The notes under the pieces are model-generated. The model searched no databases and was not told where the DNA came from. It was given only the letters and a program-made list of their open reading frames with translations. A stretch of DNA of 64,000 nucleotides, from contig JBHGNT010000022.1 in NCBI GenBank assembly GCA_043228905.1, positions 930,001 through 994,000 on the forward strand, given 5' to 3'. Origin of the DNA: Azolla caroliniana. Taxonomy: Eukaryota > Plantae > Polypodiophyta. A program made the translations under genes and the position numbers. Within the stretch, counting starts at the first letter, position 1; the number at the start of each line of letters is the position of its first letter. This document shows positions 47,698 to 60,453 of the stretch, in pieces.

Positions 47698-50482
47698 GTT
47701 AAGTTGTGTAGTCAAATGACACATTTTTAAGAAAGAGTTCCACCATCTCCTCCCCTGAAATGGTTTTGTAACATGGGACAAAGTGAGCCATCTTCGAAAA
47801 CTGATCGACAATCACTAGCACCATGTCATGTTCACCGACATGAGGTAGGTTGGTTATAAAGTCCATGGAAATGGAGGCCTAGGGCCAACTAGGAATTGGG
47901 AATGGTTTGAGAAGGCCATATGGCTGATGGTGAGCCGCTTTGGAGCGAGGACAGACATCACATGTCTTGATAATTTGTTTGACGAAATTCCAAGGTTGGG
48001 GCCACCAAAACCCCCGGATAGCAACTCCAGTGTTTTTGCGACCCCAAAGTGGCTGGCAAGAGGGTTATCATGACAAGTTTGTAGTACCCGGGTGCGGCAT
48101 GATCCTTCTAAAACATAAACGAGATGATTTCGGTAGAATAGTGGGTCATCCTAAGTTGTAAATTAGTTGAGATTTGAGCATTCCATTCCCTTGGATGGGT
48201 CGTTCATGTGCACCATGATTCTGTTAGAGAATATGGTTGACATAGTTGACTTGGTGATCTCGTTGAGCAAAGAAACATCATGCAACAGGCAAGACTTGGC
48301 GAACATCTGGAGTTGACCGGGCGTCAACAAACAATATGATTGCTTAGAATATGTGTCCTCCCTTGGGCATAGTCCGAAATCCGGTCGTCAAGAGAGGGCA
48401 TCAACCTTCCCATGTTGAATGTCATGTCCAAACAAGATCTCGAAGTCATAATCGGTGAGAAAAGATGACCATCAAACCTATCTCCGATTAAACGTGCGGC
48501 TGGTGGTGAAGTAGATTAGATTCTTGTGATTGGTCAGCACCTAGATACGGTGTTGCGCCCCAGTCAAACTCGTCATTCATTGAAGGCAGAGATGATAGCT
48601 GCAAGCTCCTTGAGTAGACCGGATAATTGATTTCCGGGGTTGTAAACTTCCTGGAGTAGAAGGCTGCTAGATGTAGTGTGCCATCATCATCTGGTTGGGA
48701 CATGAAAACTCCAATGGCAAAGTCAGAGATGTTGGTTTCAACCTGGAAGGGTCTTGTTGGGTTGGGGTGAACCAACACTAGGGCCGAGAGAAAAGTGTTG
48801 GTCCGAGAGAAAAGTTTCCTTGAGTGCATCAAAAGATTTTTGTGTTGCAACGTTCCAGAGAAATGGAGTATCTTTTCTAATAAGCATGATTAGAGGTTTC
48901 ATTAGGGAGGAGAACCCTTGGATAAATCATCTGTGGAAATTTGCGAAACCAAGAAATGATTGCACCTCTTTCAACCGAGTCAAGATAGGTCAATCGTGGA
49001 TTGTCACTACCTTTTGCGCATCCATTGTCATCATGGACAGTGAGATCACATAGCCCAAGAATTCCACAGAGGTTCGATCGAATTCACACTTCTCACTTTT
49101 GGCGTAAAGCCCATGTTCCCGAATTTTGGTTAGAACCAACTTGACGTGTTGTGTGTGCTCCTCTATGTTGGAAGAAAAACTAGGATGTTCTCAAGATAGA
49201 TTACAATGAAGTGATTGAGATACTCAAGAAATATATTGTTCATCATGTGTTTGAAGACTGTTGGGGCGTTGGTGAGATCGAATGGCATCACCTTGTACTC
49301 GAAATGTTCATAGTGTGTCTTGAAGGCCGTTTTCCACTCATCTGCAAGCTTGATGTGCACCAGATTGTAGGCTCCCCAAAGTTCAATTTTGAAGAAGATA
49401 CGCCCAGTTCAGAGTCGATCGAGGAGCATTGGAATTAAGGGTAAGGGTAATGATTACGCATCCTAACTTTGTTGAGACCCCAGTAATCCACACATAGTTT
49501 TATGAGTAGTCCTTTTTGATAGATAAGATTGGGGCCCTGATTGGTGATTTGGAGGTTTTCATCCAAATATGTCCGGAGATCCTCATGTTCTAGTTCGGAA
49601 AGCCCATAGATAGGACCGAATGGTGGATACGCCCCATCTTGTAGTTCGATTGGGCAATCATAGGGGCGATGTGCTAGCAACTGATCTATATTCCAGTTTT
49701 CAAATACATTCGAAAAGTCATTAAATATGTCACAGGCAAATCGTTGATAGGATCAGAAACGGCCCGCGACAAAATGAGTAGTGTAGCAACCAAGCCGGAA
49801 TCAATAGAGTGGGTGACCGAGTTGGAACTGGTCCTTAGGAAACTAGGAGAAGGAGCAAACAAGTTGAAAGCGAGCCCCCACACAAGCAACGTTGGGGACT
49901 AGGAAATCGAGAGAAGGAGCAAACAAGTTGAAAGCGACCCCCACAAAAGCAATATTGCGGAAGGTCTTGACCCACCCTGTGTTTGTGAAAAAGTGATTGA
50001 GTGGCTACACCAATCCACCATCGAATTGTGTCTCCAACTAAAATAACCCTAAAACAATCAGATGTTGGGGGTTGCAATGAGGTAGAAAGTTAGTACCTCC
50101 CAGTGAGGCCCAACATGTAGTACCAATGGGATAGTGGCTTTTGTAAGTGCCCTTGAGGAGAGAATTCATCCATCAATGGCTTCAATTGGTATAGGTTGTG
50201 ATGTTTGGAAGATGGGGATATTATGTGCTCGGATAAACGAGATATCGATAAAACAAGTTGAGGCACCTGAATCAAGCAAAGCATGGGATTGTGTTGGAGT
50301 AGACCCAAAACAAAGACTTACTTTCAAAACAAAGCCTCCTGATGGCATAACGGAATTGTAGGAGCACAAAGAAGTTAGGTAACGGGAAGCGTCCAACGCC
50401 ATGGTTTGCAAGAAGAAAGTACAAATGACAATGTTGTCTAATTTCAATGAGAGTCCTTGGGTAGGCCACAAGGGTACATTGG

Positions 50483-53400
50483 TGTTGAGCGGAAAGCTCA
50501 ACCGGAGCCGGATCGGCTGAATAAGCCGGAGCCGGTAAGCGAGACAGATCGGGCGAAACGGATCGGTATGACGGTGAGCAACCGAACTAGCAAGCAGTGG
50601 AGGTCGGGTGCAATCCGTAACCAGAAGTCCAATCGGAAGCCTAGTATAGGATAGACTACTAGGTAGCTATAGTCTCGTAGTAAGTGTTAGATGCTCGTGT
50701 GAGCATTGAAGTACATGGTACTTCTGTCAGTCCCAAGAGGACTTGTATAAATAGTGCTACTTAGCACAGTGTGTATATAGAGTCCTGATATAATTTTGAA
50801 ATCGTGTTCTGCTCTCTCTCTGTCTCTCTCTCTCTCTCTCTCTGTGTTGTTCTCTGTTTTACGCTTCCGCAAACACTTACGTTTTCATGGTATCATAGCG
50901 CGAGGGTTGAGAACCTCTGCTGCAGACATTTACTCTTGAGAAGAAAACCCTAACAGGTCGAAAACAGACACAGTAGAAGACATGGATAGAGGCATGGCTA
51001 CGTCGCTCCCGGTGGAGAAGCTCAACAGGAGCAACTACGCATCCTGGTCTTACAAGATGCACCAGTACTTGTTTGGACATGGGTACTGGAGTTATGTCGA
51101 AGGAGCGAATGATGCGGCGCCCGACTCGGCACACAAGGACTTCTTGGTATGGGAACAGGCGGCAAGCAGGGTGATGTACTGCTTCGCGTCTAGTGTCGGC
51201 GATCAGCTGCTCAGCCACATCCGTGACGCCAATACACCGAAGGATGCTTGGGGGAACCTGAAAAAGGTTTTCGCCGCAAGCACCACTGCCCGGAAGCTGC
51301 AACTCAGACAGGAGTTGAGCAATGTTCGACAGAAGAACATGTCCGTGGCAGACTACACGGGCCGGATAAAGGAGATCTGCGACTCGCTCGCCTCTATCAA
51401 TGTTACCGTAGAGGAAGACGAGATGGTGTAGGTATGTCTCGGAGGCCTGGCGTCCAAGTTCGGAGCGTTCCGGACTGCGGTGTGTACAAGGGAGAATACC
51501 CCCTCATTCTTCGACTTACAGTCGATGCTCCTTGTAGAGGAGAACCACGTCGGTGCATCTACCAGTGCATCCCCGGACAGCCAAATGTTGTACACGGGAA
51601 TGGATAGGCTCCGTGGGCATGGTGGAAGAGGCGGGTCGGCACGCAATGGAGGCGGCCGGCAAGAGCAGGAACGGAGGCACTATGAGCGTGCCGACAGCAG
51701 TTCCGGGACTTCCACAAGCAGGGGGAGTCAAGGCGGTGCCGAAGGCCGGCAAGACAAATCTGCTACGGAATGTTGGTACTGTGGCAAAAAAGGCCACAGG
51801 GAAAGCGAGTGTTGGAGAAAGCGTGCCAATTCGGACAAATCCGGATCCGGCAAGACCGGTAAGGGTGGTCGGCAAAACTCACACTACGCAAACGGATCAG
51901 GAGGATCCGGAACCGGAAAGGCCGGTAAGGGGCCAGCCTTGGTGATGAATCAAGAGGCAAACTCAATGAAGAAGACCACTTCCAAAACGGAGGAAGTGTG
52001 GTATGTTGATTCCGGCGCGTCGAACCACATGACGAGCCACAAAGAGTGGTTCTCCTTTCTGGAGAAACCGGATCAACCAGGAGTAGTCGAAACCGGAGAC
52101 GACACTCCTCACCCAATCGTGCACGTCGGAGAAGTCCCTCTAAGCCACGTCGGACAGAAAGGGAAGCTGATGAACGTATTACACGTTCCGACAATCACGA
52201 AGAACCTGGTGTCCGTCGGTCAGATTGTCGACCAGGGGATGCAGGTGCGGTTTACGCACCTCAGGTGCTTCATTGAGGATGAGGGCGAAGTCATTGCGCA
52301 AGGGCACAGAGACGGGAGGATGTTTATCCTCAACACCAATGACTTTGGCACCGCTCTGTTCGCGAAACAACAGAAGGTCGAGTCGGACATCGACCTGTGG
52401 CACAAGCGGATAGGCCACGTCAACTACCGGAGGCTTCAAGACCTGCAAACAAAACAAGTCGTTTTCGGTTTGCCGAAGTTCAGCGGCCGGAGAGCCGAAA
52501 TTTGTGAAGCCTGCCAACTTGGGAAGCAACACCGGCTTCCATTCCCCACCGAACGGAACCGGAGCCGTAACAAGCTCGATCTCATCCATTCAGATGTGTG
52601 GGGACCGGCACAAAGTGTAAACCTTGGCGGGAGCCGATACTTCATCTCCTTCATCGACGACTATACTCGACATACTTGGATCTACCTCATTGAGCGGAAG
52701 AGCGAAGTCTTCGACTGTTTCCGGAGCCTCCAGAAGATGGTGGAACGGGAATCGGAGAGGAAGATCAAGTGCCTTCGGTCGGATGGCAGAAAGGAATATT
52801 TTTCCGGCCAATTCACTAGTTATCTGCAGCAAAAGGGAATTCGGCGAGAGTTCAGCTGCAGATACACACCGGAGCAAAACGGTGTGGCCGAAAGGAAGAA
52901 CCGGACACTCGTCGAAGCGGCAAGGGCAATGCTGGAGGAGAAGAGCATGCCCCGGTTCTACTGGACGGAGGCAGTCCGGACGGCCGTCTACATACAAAAC
53001 CACATTGGTGACAAGGTGTCAGCTCATGAGCTGTATTTCGGGCGCAAGCCGAACTTAAGACACCTTCGGATATTCGGCAGCATAGCATATGTGCATGTGC
53101 CGGATCAGAAGCGGAGAAAGGTGGATGCAAAATCAGAAAAATGCATCCTAGTCGGCTATGCTCAAGAGCAAAAGGGGTATAAGTGCTATAACCCCCGGAT
53201 GAAGGAAGTCCGAGTTAGCCGGGATGTCGAGTTCGATGAATCGGCATCCTGGTACTCCGTACCGACTCTGATTTCCGATCCCGACCCAATGTCGGAAGAT
53301 CAGGCCAGTGAGCCTGAATCAGCCCTGGCAGAGGATGATGAAGCCGGGACTCAAGATGAGAGTCCGGACTCGTTACGGTTGACTGGACCGAACGAGCGAC

Positions 53401-56297
53401 TGAGTCGGTTGGACCAGTCGGATGAAGAGACGGCAAGTGGTGGAGACTCTACCGTGCTCACGCACAAAGAGAAAGGGAAGAGGAAACCGGCAACGATGAG
53501 TCGGATCGGTGCGTATCCGACTCCGGAAAGGAGAAAGGCAGATCTTCGGCAACGAAGACCGAACTAGCCAAGAAGGGCCTCAAATCAGGTGACGGTGCGT
53601 TGCGCAGATCAACCCGTCAGAAGGATCCCGTCATGCGGTACGGGTACAATGAATACATGGCGCATCATTATGCGTACATGACTAAGGTGACAGAAGTGCG
53701 TGAGCCGGAGAGCTACGCAGAAGCGGCAAAGGACGCAAATTGGCGTGCCACTATGGACGAAGAAATGCGGGCACTCGATGCCAACGAAACTTGGGACCTA
53801 GTTGATCCTCCCCGTCACTGTAAACCGATCGGATGCAAGTGGGTGTACAAGGTCAAGTACAACATCGACGGTTCTGTTAACCGGTACAAAGCCCAGTTAG
53901 TGGCGAAGGGATACGCGCAGACCCACGGAATCGACTACGACGAGACCTTCGCTCCTGTGGCGAAGATGACGACGGTTCGTGTGGTACTGGCGGTTGTTGC
54001 GACAAGGGGGTGGCATCTTCACCAGATGGATGTGAAGAACGCCTTCCTTCAAGGAGAGCTTGAAGAAGAAGTCTTTATGACTCAGCCCCCCGGATTTCAA
54101 TCGGAGATGAACAAGTCGGCGGTATGCCGACTGAAGAAGTCGCTTTACGGCTTGAAGCAAGCCCCCCGAGCTTGGAACGCGAAGATCACGCACCGGTTGC
54201 GTAAGCTGGGGTTTGCTATCTCTAAGTCGGACTCTTCGTTGTTCATCCGGCAAGGCTCTGATGGTCCGGTATGTATACTCTTATATGTGGATGATTTAGT
54301 CATCACCGGACCGGGTCTTCCCGAAATCAACCGCGTCAAGTCCCAGTTGTCGGACGCATTCGAAATGAAGGACCTGGGGGACCTTCATTATTTTCTTGGG
54401 ATCGAAGTGATCCGGACCCCCGACGGCATATTGCTCTCACAACGACATTACGTGTTGAATATGTTGTATAAGTTCGGCATGACGGATTGCCGACCTGTCT
54501 CCACACCCCTGGACCGGAACCAGAAGCTCTGTCCCAACTCCGGACCGGCCTGCAATGAGAAACGGTTCCGACAGGTTGTCGGAAGCCTGGTCTACTTAAC
54601 CATCACCCGACCCGACATCAGCTATCCGGTCGGGATGGTAAGTCAGTTCATGCAGAAGCCGACCGTGGAGCACCTTCAGTGCGCGCAACGAATATTACGG
54701 TATGTTAGCGGCACTAAGGACTGGGGACTGCTATACCGGCGAGGTATACCCGAAGAGCTTGTCGGTTACACAGATGCTGACTGGGCCGGCGATGCGTCTG
54801 ATCGCCACTCCACTTCCGGATACATGTTCTCCATAGGTAGCGCGGTCGTTGCGTGGAGCAGCAAGAAGCAGCCCACAGTGGCTTTGTCAAGCACTGAGGC
54901 TGAGTACCGGGCCGCTACCGTTGCCACTTGTGAAGCCATCTGGCTTCGGCGAGTGCTGCGAGACTTGCGGATCGAGGTACCGACCCCGATCCCGATTTAC
55001 TGCGATAACATGAGCAGCCTGCAGCTCGCCAAGAACCTTGTGTTCCATGCTCGCACAAAGCACATCGAGGTGCACTACCACTTCGTGCGTGAGTGGGTCC
55101 TGAGCGGTGAAGTTGACCTACGGTATGTTCATACGGATCGGCAAGTTGCCGACATCTTCACCAAGCCGCTTAGATCAGACAAGTTGCAGCACTTTACCGA
55201 CATGCTTGGTATTCAGCATCTCGACGTGCCGCACTTGAGGGGGAGAAGCAAGGGCAAAGTCTCTATCGAAACGGGCAAAGGCCAAAAAACTGTTGAACCC
55301 GTCAGTAAGAGGAAAGCCGGAAGAAGAGGAGACAAGAAGATGAAGGAAGCCGAGTCGACGAAGGAAGTCGACACATCCAAACAGGTCGGAGCAAGCGGCT
55401 GTGAAGAAGAGTTGTGCACTCAGGAAGAGAAGTGCATGTTGTGCGGAGGTCATCACGACGGTACTGACCATGATACAGAGTCGAATGAAGAATTCGATTT
55501 CGGTTCACCGGCTGAAGAAGCCGAGGGAAGCATGGAGAAGGCCAAGACTCGGAAGTGGTCCGATGTGGTGAGAGGCCTGAAGCCGGAAGTCGAATTGGAG
55601 TGTACCGATTCGGACAAGAGCTGGAACGAGTCGGAGATAGCTGACTCGGATCAACAGATGGATCCGGATGAGTCGGATCGACTGAAGGCCAAGGGGACAC
55701 GGACACAGCGGAAGTCGATGCCATCGTGGGAGAACCGACGGATCGGCAAGCGCCGGAGTCACAGCAACGTGAGTGCTGAGATGGGCCTATTGAGCAGACA
55801 TGCCGACCGAGAGGGTCGAGGCGCGCAGAACCAAAGGGGTCGCGGCAAACGGGACCGGACCGGACGAGGAGCGCGAGCAAGGCGGAGTGACGCCAAGAGA
55901 AGTCGGTTGGAAGAACCAACTGCCACAGAGGTCGACACTACGACCCCACCTCAGGTTGAGCTTGAGGGGGAGTGTTGAGCGGCAAGCTAAACCGGAGCCG
56001 GATCGGCTGAATAAGCCGGAGCCGGTAAGCGAGACGGATCGGGCGAAACGGATCGGTATGACGGTGAGCAACCGAACCGGCAAGCAGTGGAGGCCGGGTG
56101 CAATCCGTAACCGGAAGTCCAATCGGAAGCCTAGTATAGGATAGACTACTAGGTAGCTATAGTCTCGTAGTAAGTGTTAGATGCTCGTGTGAGCATTGAA
56201 GTACATGGTACTTCTGTCATTCCCAAGAGGACTTGTATAAATAGTGCTACTTAGCACAGTGTGTATATAGAGTCCTGATATAATTTTGAAATCGTGT

Positions 56298-56349
<52 letters not shown>

Positions 56350-56389
56350 TGTTCTCTGTTTTACGCTTCCGCAAACACTTACGTTTTCA
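50483..56389 (+). mobile_element. Element E: full-length Ty1/copia (Bryco-like by inference); LTRs 50483-50887 and 55973-56389, TSD ATTGG
   Basis: TG...CA LTRs with about 10 differences plus (CT)n length. PBS TGGTATCATAGC (Met-i, one mismatch) at 50888-50899. PPT at 55961-55972. ATTGG on both flanks. Confidence 0.95.
50982..55978 (+). pseudogene. Copia gag-pol of element E (one TAG at 51429, one frameshift near 53500-53600) with long C-terminal extension
   Basis: CWYCGKKGH knuckle, WYVDSGASNHM (PR), HSDVWGP and QNGVAERKNR (IN), LYVDD (RT), DADWAGD and TKHIEVHYHFVRE (RNase H). The stop lies inside the 3' LTR. Confidence 0.92.
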
Positions 56390-57485
56390 ATTGGCAACTT
56401 TTGAGAAGCTAAAGTAGAAATATTGGTGGCCCAAAATATATAAGGATGCCACGCATTTCGTGGGTATGTGTGAAAGTGATTTTGAGCACTAGGTAAAAAG
56501 TTACAAGCAATCATTGACTTTACGAACGATAGGAGTCAAAGCTGCCACACCAATTGAAGCCGGCATCTCATCCGCCATATGGTGTTTAATGGAAAAAAGG
56601 ACAAATTTGTAATCTCAAGAAAATTAAATTCCTCAAGTGTCGAGGAATTTTCCTTAATTGCCACGTGGTATTCAAGGAAAAGTTCTTCGATGGCACATGC
56701 AAAGGGCTTTCCTTGATTCAACGGAAACGCCCTAGTGTCGAGGAAATCTCCTTGACACCGTGTGTAAAGGCATCAAGCCTCGAGGAAAGCTCAAGTCTCA
56801 AGCTTTCAACATGTATTAAGGAGCTTTCTGGAGCCCGCAAGTGCTATAGAAGACACTGCAACCACAACCTTTGTGTCTACTACTGACATTGCTCGTCGCC
56901 GCTACAATAATTGGTGTTGTCACGCCCATCACTACCCATCATGGTAATCTGTCGCTGGCATTTTCAGGTGACATCGACTTACGTCACCAAACCACATTAC
57001 CCTACCACATCATCAGTTAACTGTGCCCCCGCTTTTACACTTTCTCTTTCACACTTGCAATACTGAAAGAACCTACCCATGATTTAATATAAACAGTGAA
57101 TATTTCTCTGAATACCCCTCACACAATCCAAGGGCTACCTACGCATGTAAACATCAAAGCATATACATAAAACACACGCACGCGCATAAACACACATAAA
57201 ACACTTGCACGCACATAAACACATATATTCGAGAATATTCCGGCACATACACATACATCCCCTTTGGTGTCCACCAAGACTTAGTCGCGTGTGTGATGCA
57301 CCATAAGTGGATGGTGTGGGAATGGGCCAAATGAAGTACTCAATGCTAGCTATGGTTCTCTTCACGCGATCACAAGTCAACCTGCCCGACCGCCTGCCCG
57401 CCCAAGAGATACATTATTGAAGGGCAAGTGGGAACAAATTTACACCCTTCAATTTGGATAAGATTTAGTAGATTAAGAGAGTATC

Positions 57486-58959
57486 ATGGCCACCACCACC
57501 ACCACCACCACCATTGATCCTCATACAGCTATCATAGATCCTCGCTATTGTGTTCCAAATCCCTCCCATTTGGCTCTGTGGTTCTCGCAATGCTCGTGTT
57601 TGATCCCGAATTCTCACCTTATCAGTGCTACTTCCGAATCTAACGAAGAATCCGATGGGATTCTCTTTACCCTGGATTATGATCAATCCTGCTGGGGTTT
57701 CGGTATCCCGGATCTTGTCTTCCGAGATGAGGTTGCTGGATTCGATCTTGTGCACATCCACCCAGAGGTATGTATGTATGTATGTATGTATGTATGTATA
57801 TCATCGCGATTTACCGAGAAAATACCCCCCAATTCCTCTGCGATTGACCAAATTTCCTTCACTATATATGTATATATGTATGATTCTTCTGGTCATTAAT
57901 GTGAAGGTTTATGTATTGATTCTGGTCATTATTCTGAAGGTTTATGTATTGATTCTGGTTATTAATGTGAAGGTTTATGTGTTGATTCTAGTCATTAATC
58001 TGAAGGTTTATGTGTTGATTCTGGTCATTAATGTGAACTTGGTGTATGTGTTGATTCTGGTCATTAATCTGAAGGTTTATGTGTTGATTCTGGTCATTAA
58101 TCTGAAGGTTTATGTGTTGATTCTAGTCATTAATCTAAAGGATAAACCTTCTTGTACTGATTAAATAAAATCGAATTCCAGTTGTTTAGCTTTCGTTCTC
58201 GATGCAATGTATTCCGAGGCGAGTCTCTACTAATGACTATTCGGGCGGCCGATTCTCTTCAATGGAGGCTAAAGTTACACATATTTGTAGCCCCCGTGGG
58301 CGTAAGTGGCATTAAGGACCATAGAGAATTGAATGAGGATGGCCGTGTACCCGATTTCACGCTAAAACCAGCTCCTGGCTTTAGTAATATGTTGTACACT
58401 CGGGTCTTCCACATTTTCAACAGCCGAGGTGATAAAATCGCCGAGGTAATTAGCATATGTTTTGGATTGGTTCATATCTAAACAATATATTCTCAACAAG
58501 GATCATGGACCATATGATTGAAAGCATATTTGTAATGTGGCATGGTAGGTACCCACTAGCTTATTACCACCACAACTTCCTTCTGGCCCATTAAACTAGA
58601 TCACGAGCCCAACCTTATTGTGTTTGGAATGCCTTAGATAATTATTAGTTGAGGAACAATTTGTACACTCTTATAAGCTTCTTTCTCGGAAATTTTAAAA
58701 GAACTTGGCCTAGGATGTTTTCCATAGTACATCTTTATTTATTCGATTGGATTATTGATATGACATACTAACATGGTCGTAGAATTGAAATCATTAACAC
58801 AATCATGAATAGGCGACGAAGTCTCTAGATGGATGGATTTGTGGAGGTGGCCCTGACTATAGGATAAGCATTTGTGCAAGGGTGGATCGAGCATTTATTG
58901 TGTTGTTGCTCGGGCTTTACCACATCATAATTCAGAATGATCGGTCAAGCAATTACTAA
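57486..58959 (+). CDS. LURP-one-related (LOR / tubby C-terminal-like) protein, 230 aa; exons 57486-57767, 58182-58445, 58813-58959
   Basis: GT-AG phase-0 introns at the same positions as the paralog. Reads IIDPRYC...HIHPE|LFSFRSRCNVFRGES...PDFTLK...KIAE|...DYRISICARVDRAFIVLLLGLYHII. Confidence 0.85.
57889..58140. repeat. 33-bp minisatellite, ~7.5 copies, in intron 1 of the second LOR gene
   Basis: Unit CTGGTCATTAATCTGAAGGTTTATGTGTTGATT. Confidence 0.92.
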
Positions 58960-59178
58960 GGGGTAAACTAATATTGTACACTAAGTATCAATTAATATTG
59001 TACCCAATTAAACTTCTGAATCACATCATAAATTAATAGTGTACACTAAGTATCAATAATGCATCACCACATCCCTTTAAATCAAGTGGATGCTATACTT
59101 CTGTAAATTTATGTGACCTTACAAATTGACATTACCATTTGGTTTCCATCTTGTTGCATAAAAACACTATATGGTCAC

Positions 59179-59435
59179 CCTAGTATTCTTTGTGAGTGAG
59201 TGTAATTTTTTGCATGATTCTCTAGGTAGGCTTGATACATTGGTGGCTCATTAGTATATGGTATGATATGGTAAACAACATTGTTGATGCCTCCCATTGT
59301 TGATGCCCTAGTATTCTTCGTGAGTGAGTGTAATAGTTTGCATGATTCTCTAGGTAGGCTTGAAAATCGATACATTGATGCCTCATTGGTATATGGTATG
59401 ATATGGTAAACAACATTGTGGATGCCTCCCATTGT
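59179..59435. repeat. ~128-bp tandem duplication downstream of LOR gene 2
   Basis: CCTAGTATTCTT..GTGAGTGAGTGTAAT...GATGCCTCCCATTGT occurs twice. Confidence 0.85.
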
Positions 59436-60391
59436 CTTTACTACTAATAGGAGGATTGCGAAATCTAGAGAAGGTCCTAAAATGTTACCGTCTTTGGGTA
59501 AAGGCAACCTAGGCAGTTTTTGTTAAGTAGTATATATTTAGATGTTAAATCCCCACACCAAAGAAAATCTACCTAATAATTTATAATCTTGTTAACTTCT
59601 ATTCTTCCATATAGGTCATCGCATTTTGTAATTGTGTTACTTTTTAGCATAAAATTGGAGGCCTCAATTGTTCGTCTACATATGGACCATGATTCATGCA
59701 TAGGAAGAGGTGAGATAAAAATGTTTATAGATCACTTTGTAAGTTTAATTTTCAAAATAATGTATTCCTATGGGAGAGAAATTATTATTGTTGTGCATCT
59801 ACGTGAAAGAGGTTTTATTTCTTGACTTGGCATATGGCGTTTGTTTCTTGAGATCGGATCACTTCCCATTGACAAAATGATTTTGGTTGTGCTCCTCAGA
59901 GGAGGGTGTATGTGTTTGTTTCTTTACTTGGAGAAACTTTGTAAGGAAATGATTTTGGACATTTTCAAACTCTTTCCAAGTAGATTTAAGGATGCTACCA
60001 CCCCATAGTTCCACACCATAGAGAAGTATCGGTGTCACTAAAGTGTCGAAAAAGTATTTCGTAAGGACTCAACACTTAATTTCTCCATAATTACATGTGT
60101 TCTCAAATGCACAATATGCTCTCTTTCCCGCCTCTAAGCGACATGTCGCCATAATTCGTGATATTCGCGTATGTCCAACTTAGTATACATATGCAAACAT
60201 TTGCATACGTTCACATATGATACGTGATATTCGTTTCCCTTTTTTTCCCTTTTGGGGTTTTTTTTGTGATATACGTGTGTCACAAGTCTAAGAACGACGA
60301 CAACCATGAAGATGATGGTGGTGGTGGAGCAACAACCATGGTTCCTTCTAAGCCCCCTTGTTCCTCTACCCCCTTCTGATTTGAGGGGGGG

Positions 60392-60393
<2 letters not shown>

Positions 60394-60449
<56 letters not shown>
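60394..60449. repeat. (GA)n microsatellite
   Basis: Direct read. Confidence 0.95.

Positions 60450-60453
<4 letters not shown>

Larger units (their letters stand above)
28656..50370 (-). mobile_element. Element F: decayed, 5'-truncated chromovirus (Tcn1-like) hosting three insertions; 3' LTR 28656-29248, PPT 29249-29260
   Basis: PR ALLDSGASTCFID (~50280), RT EWKTAFKTHY (~49330), RNase H (~48700), integrase pieces at 47698-48100, 44997-45596, 30144-30266 and 29530-29798 that rejoin in frame, and chromodomain LWKGYPISEVTWEP. Confidence 0.85.
50371..56500 (+). pseudogene. A-family integrase zinc-finger relic, split by copia E (relic = 50371-50482 + 56395-56500)
   Basis: Rejoined sequence reads ESPWVGHKGTLATFEKLK*KYWWPKIYKDATHFVGMCES, matching the A integrase. 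Confidence 0.6.

Noticed and set aside
51429-51431. Programmed readthrough at the TAG in E gag
   Set aside because: It lies mid-gag in a non-readthrough context and is best explained as a CAG>TAG mutation.
56610-56800. Repeated TCGAGGAAA/TTCCTTGA motifs suggesting DNA-transposon subterminal repeats
   Set aside because: No termini or TSD could be identified.
57625-58164. 179-aa hydrophobic repeat ORF resembling a membrane protein
   Set aside because: It is the translation of the 33-bp intronic minisatellite.
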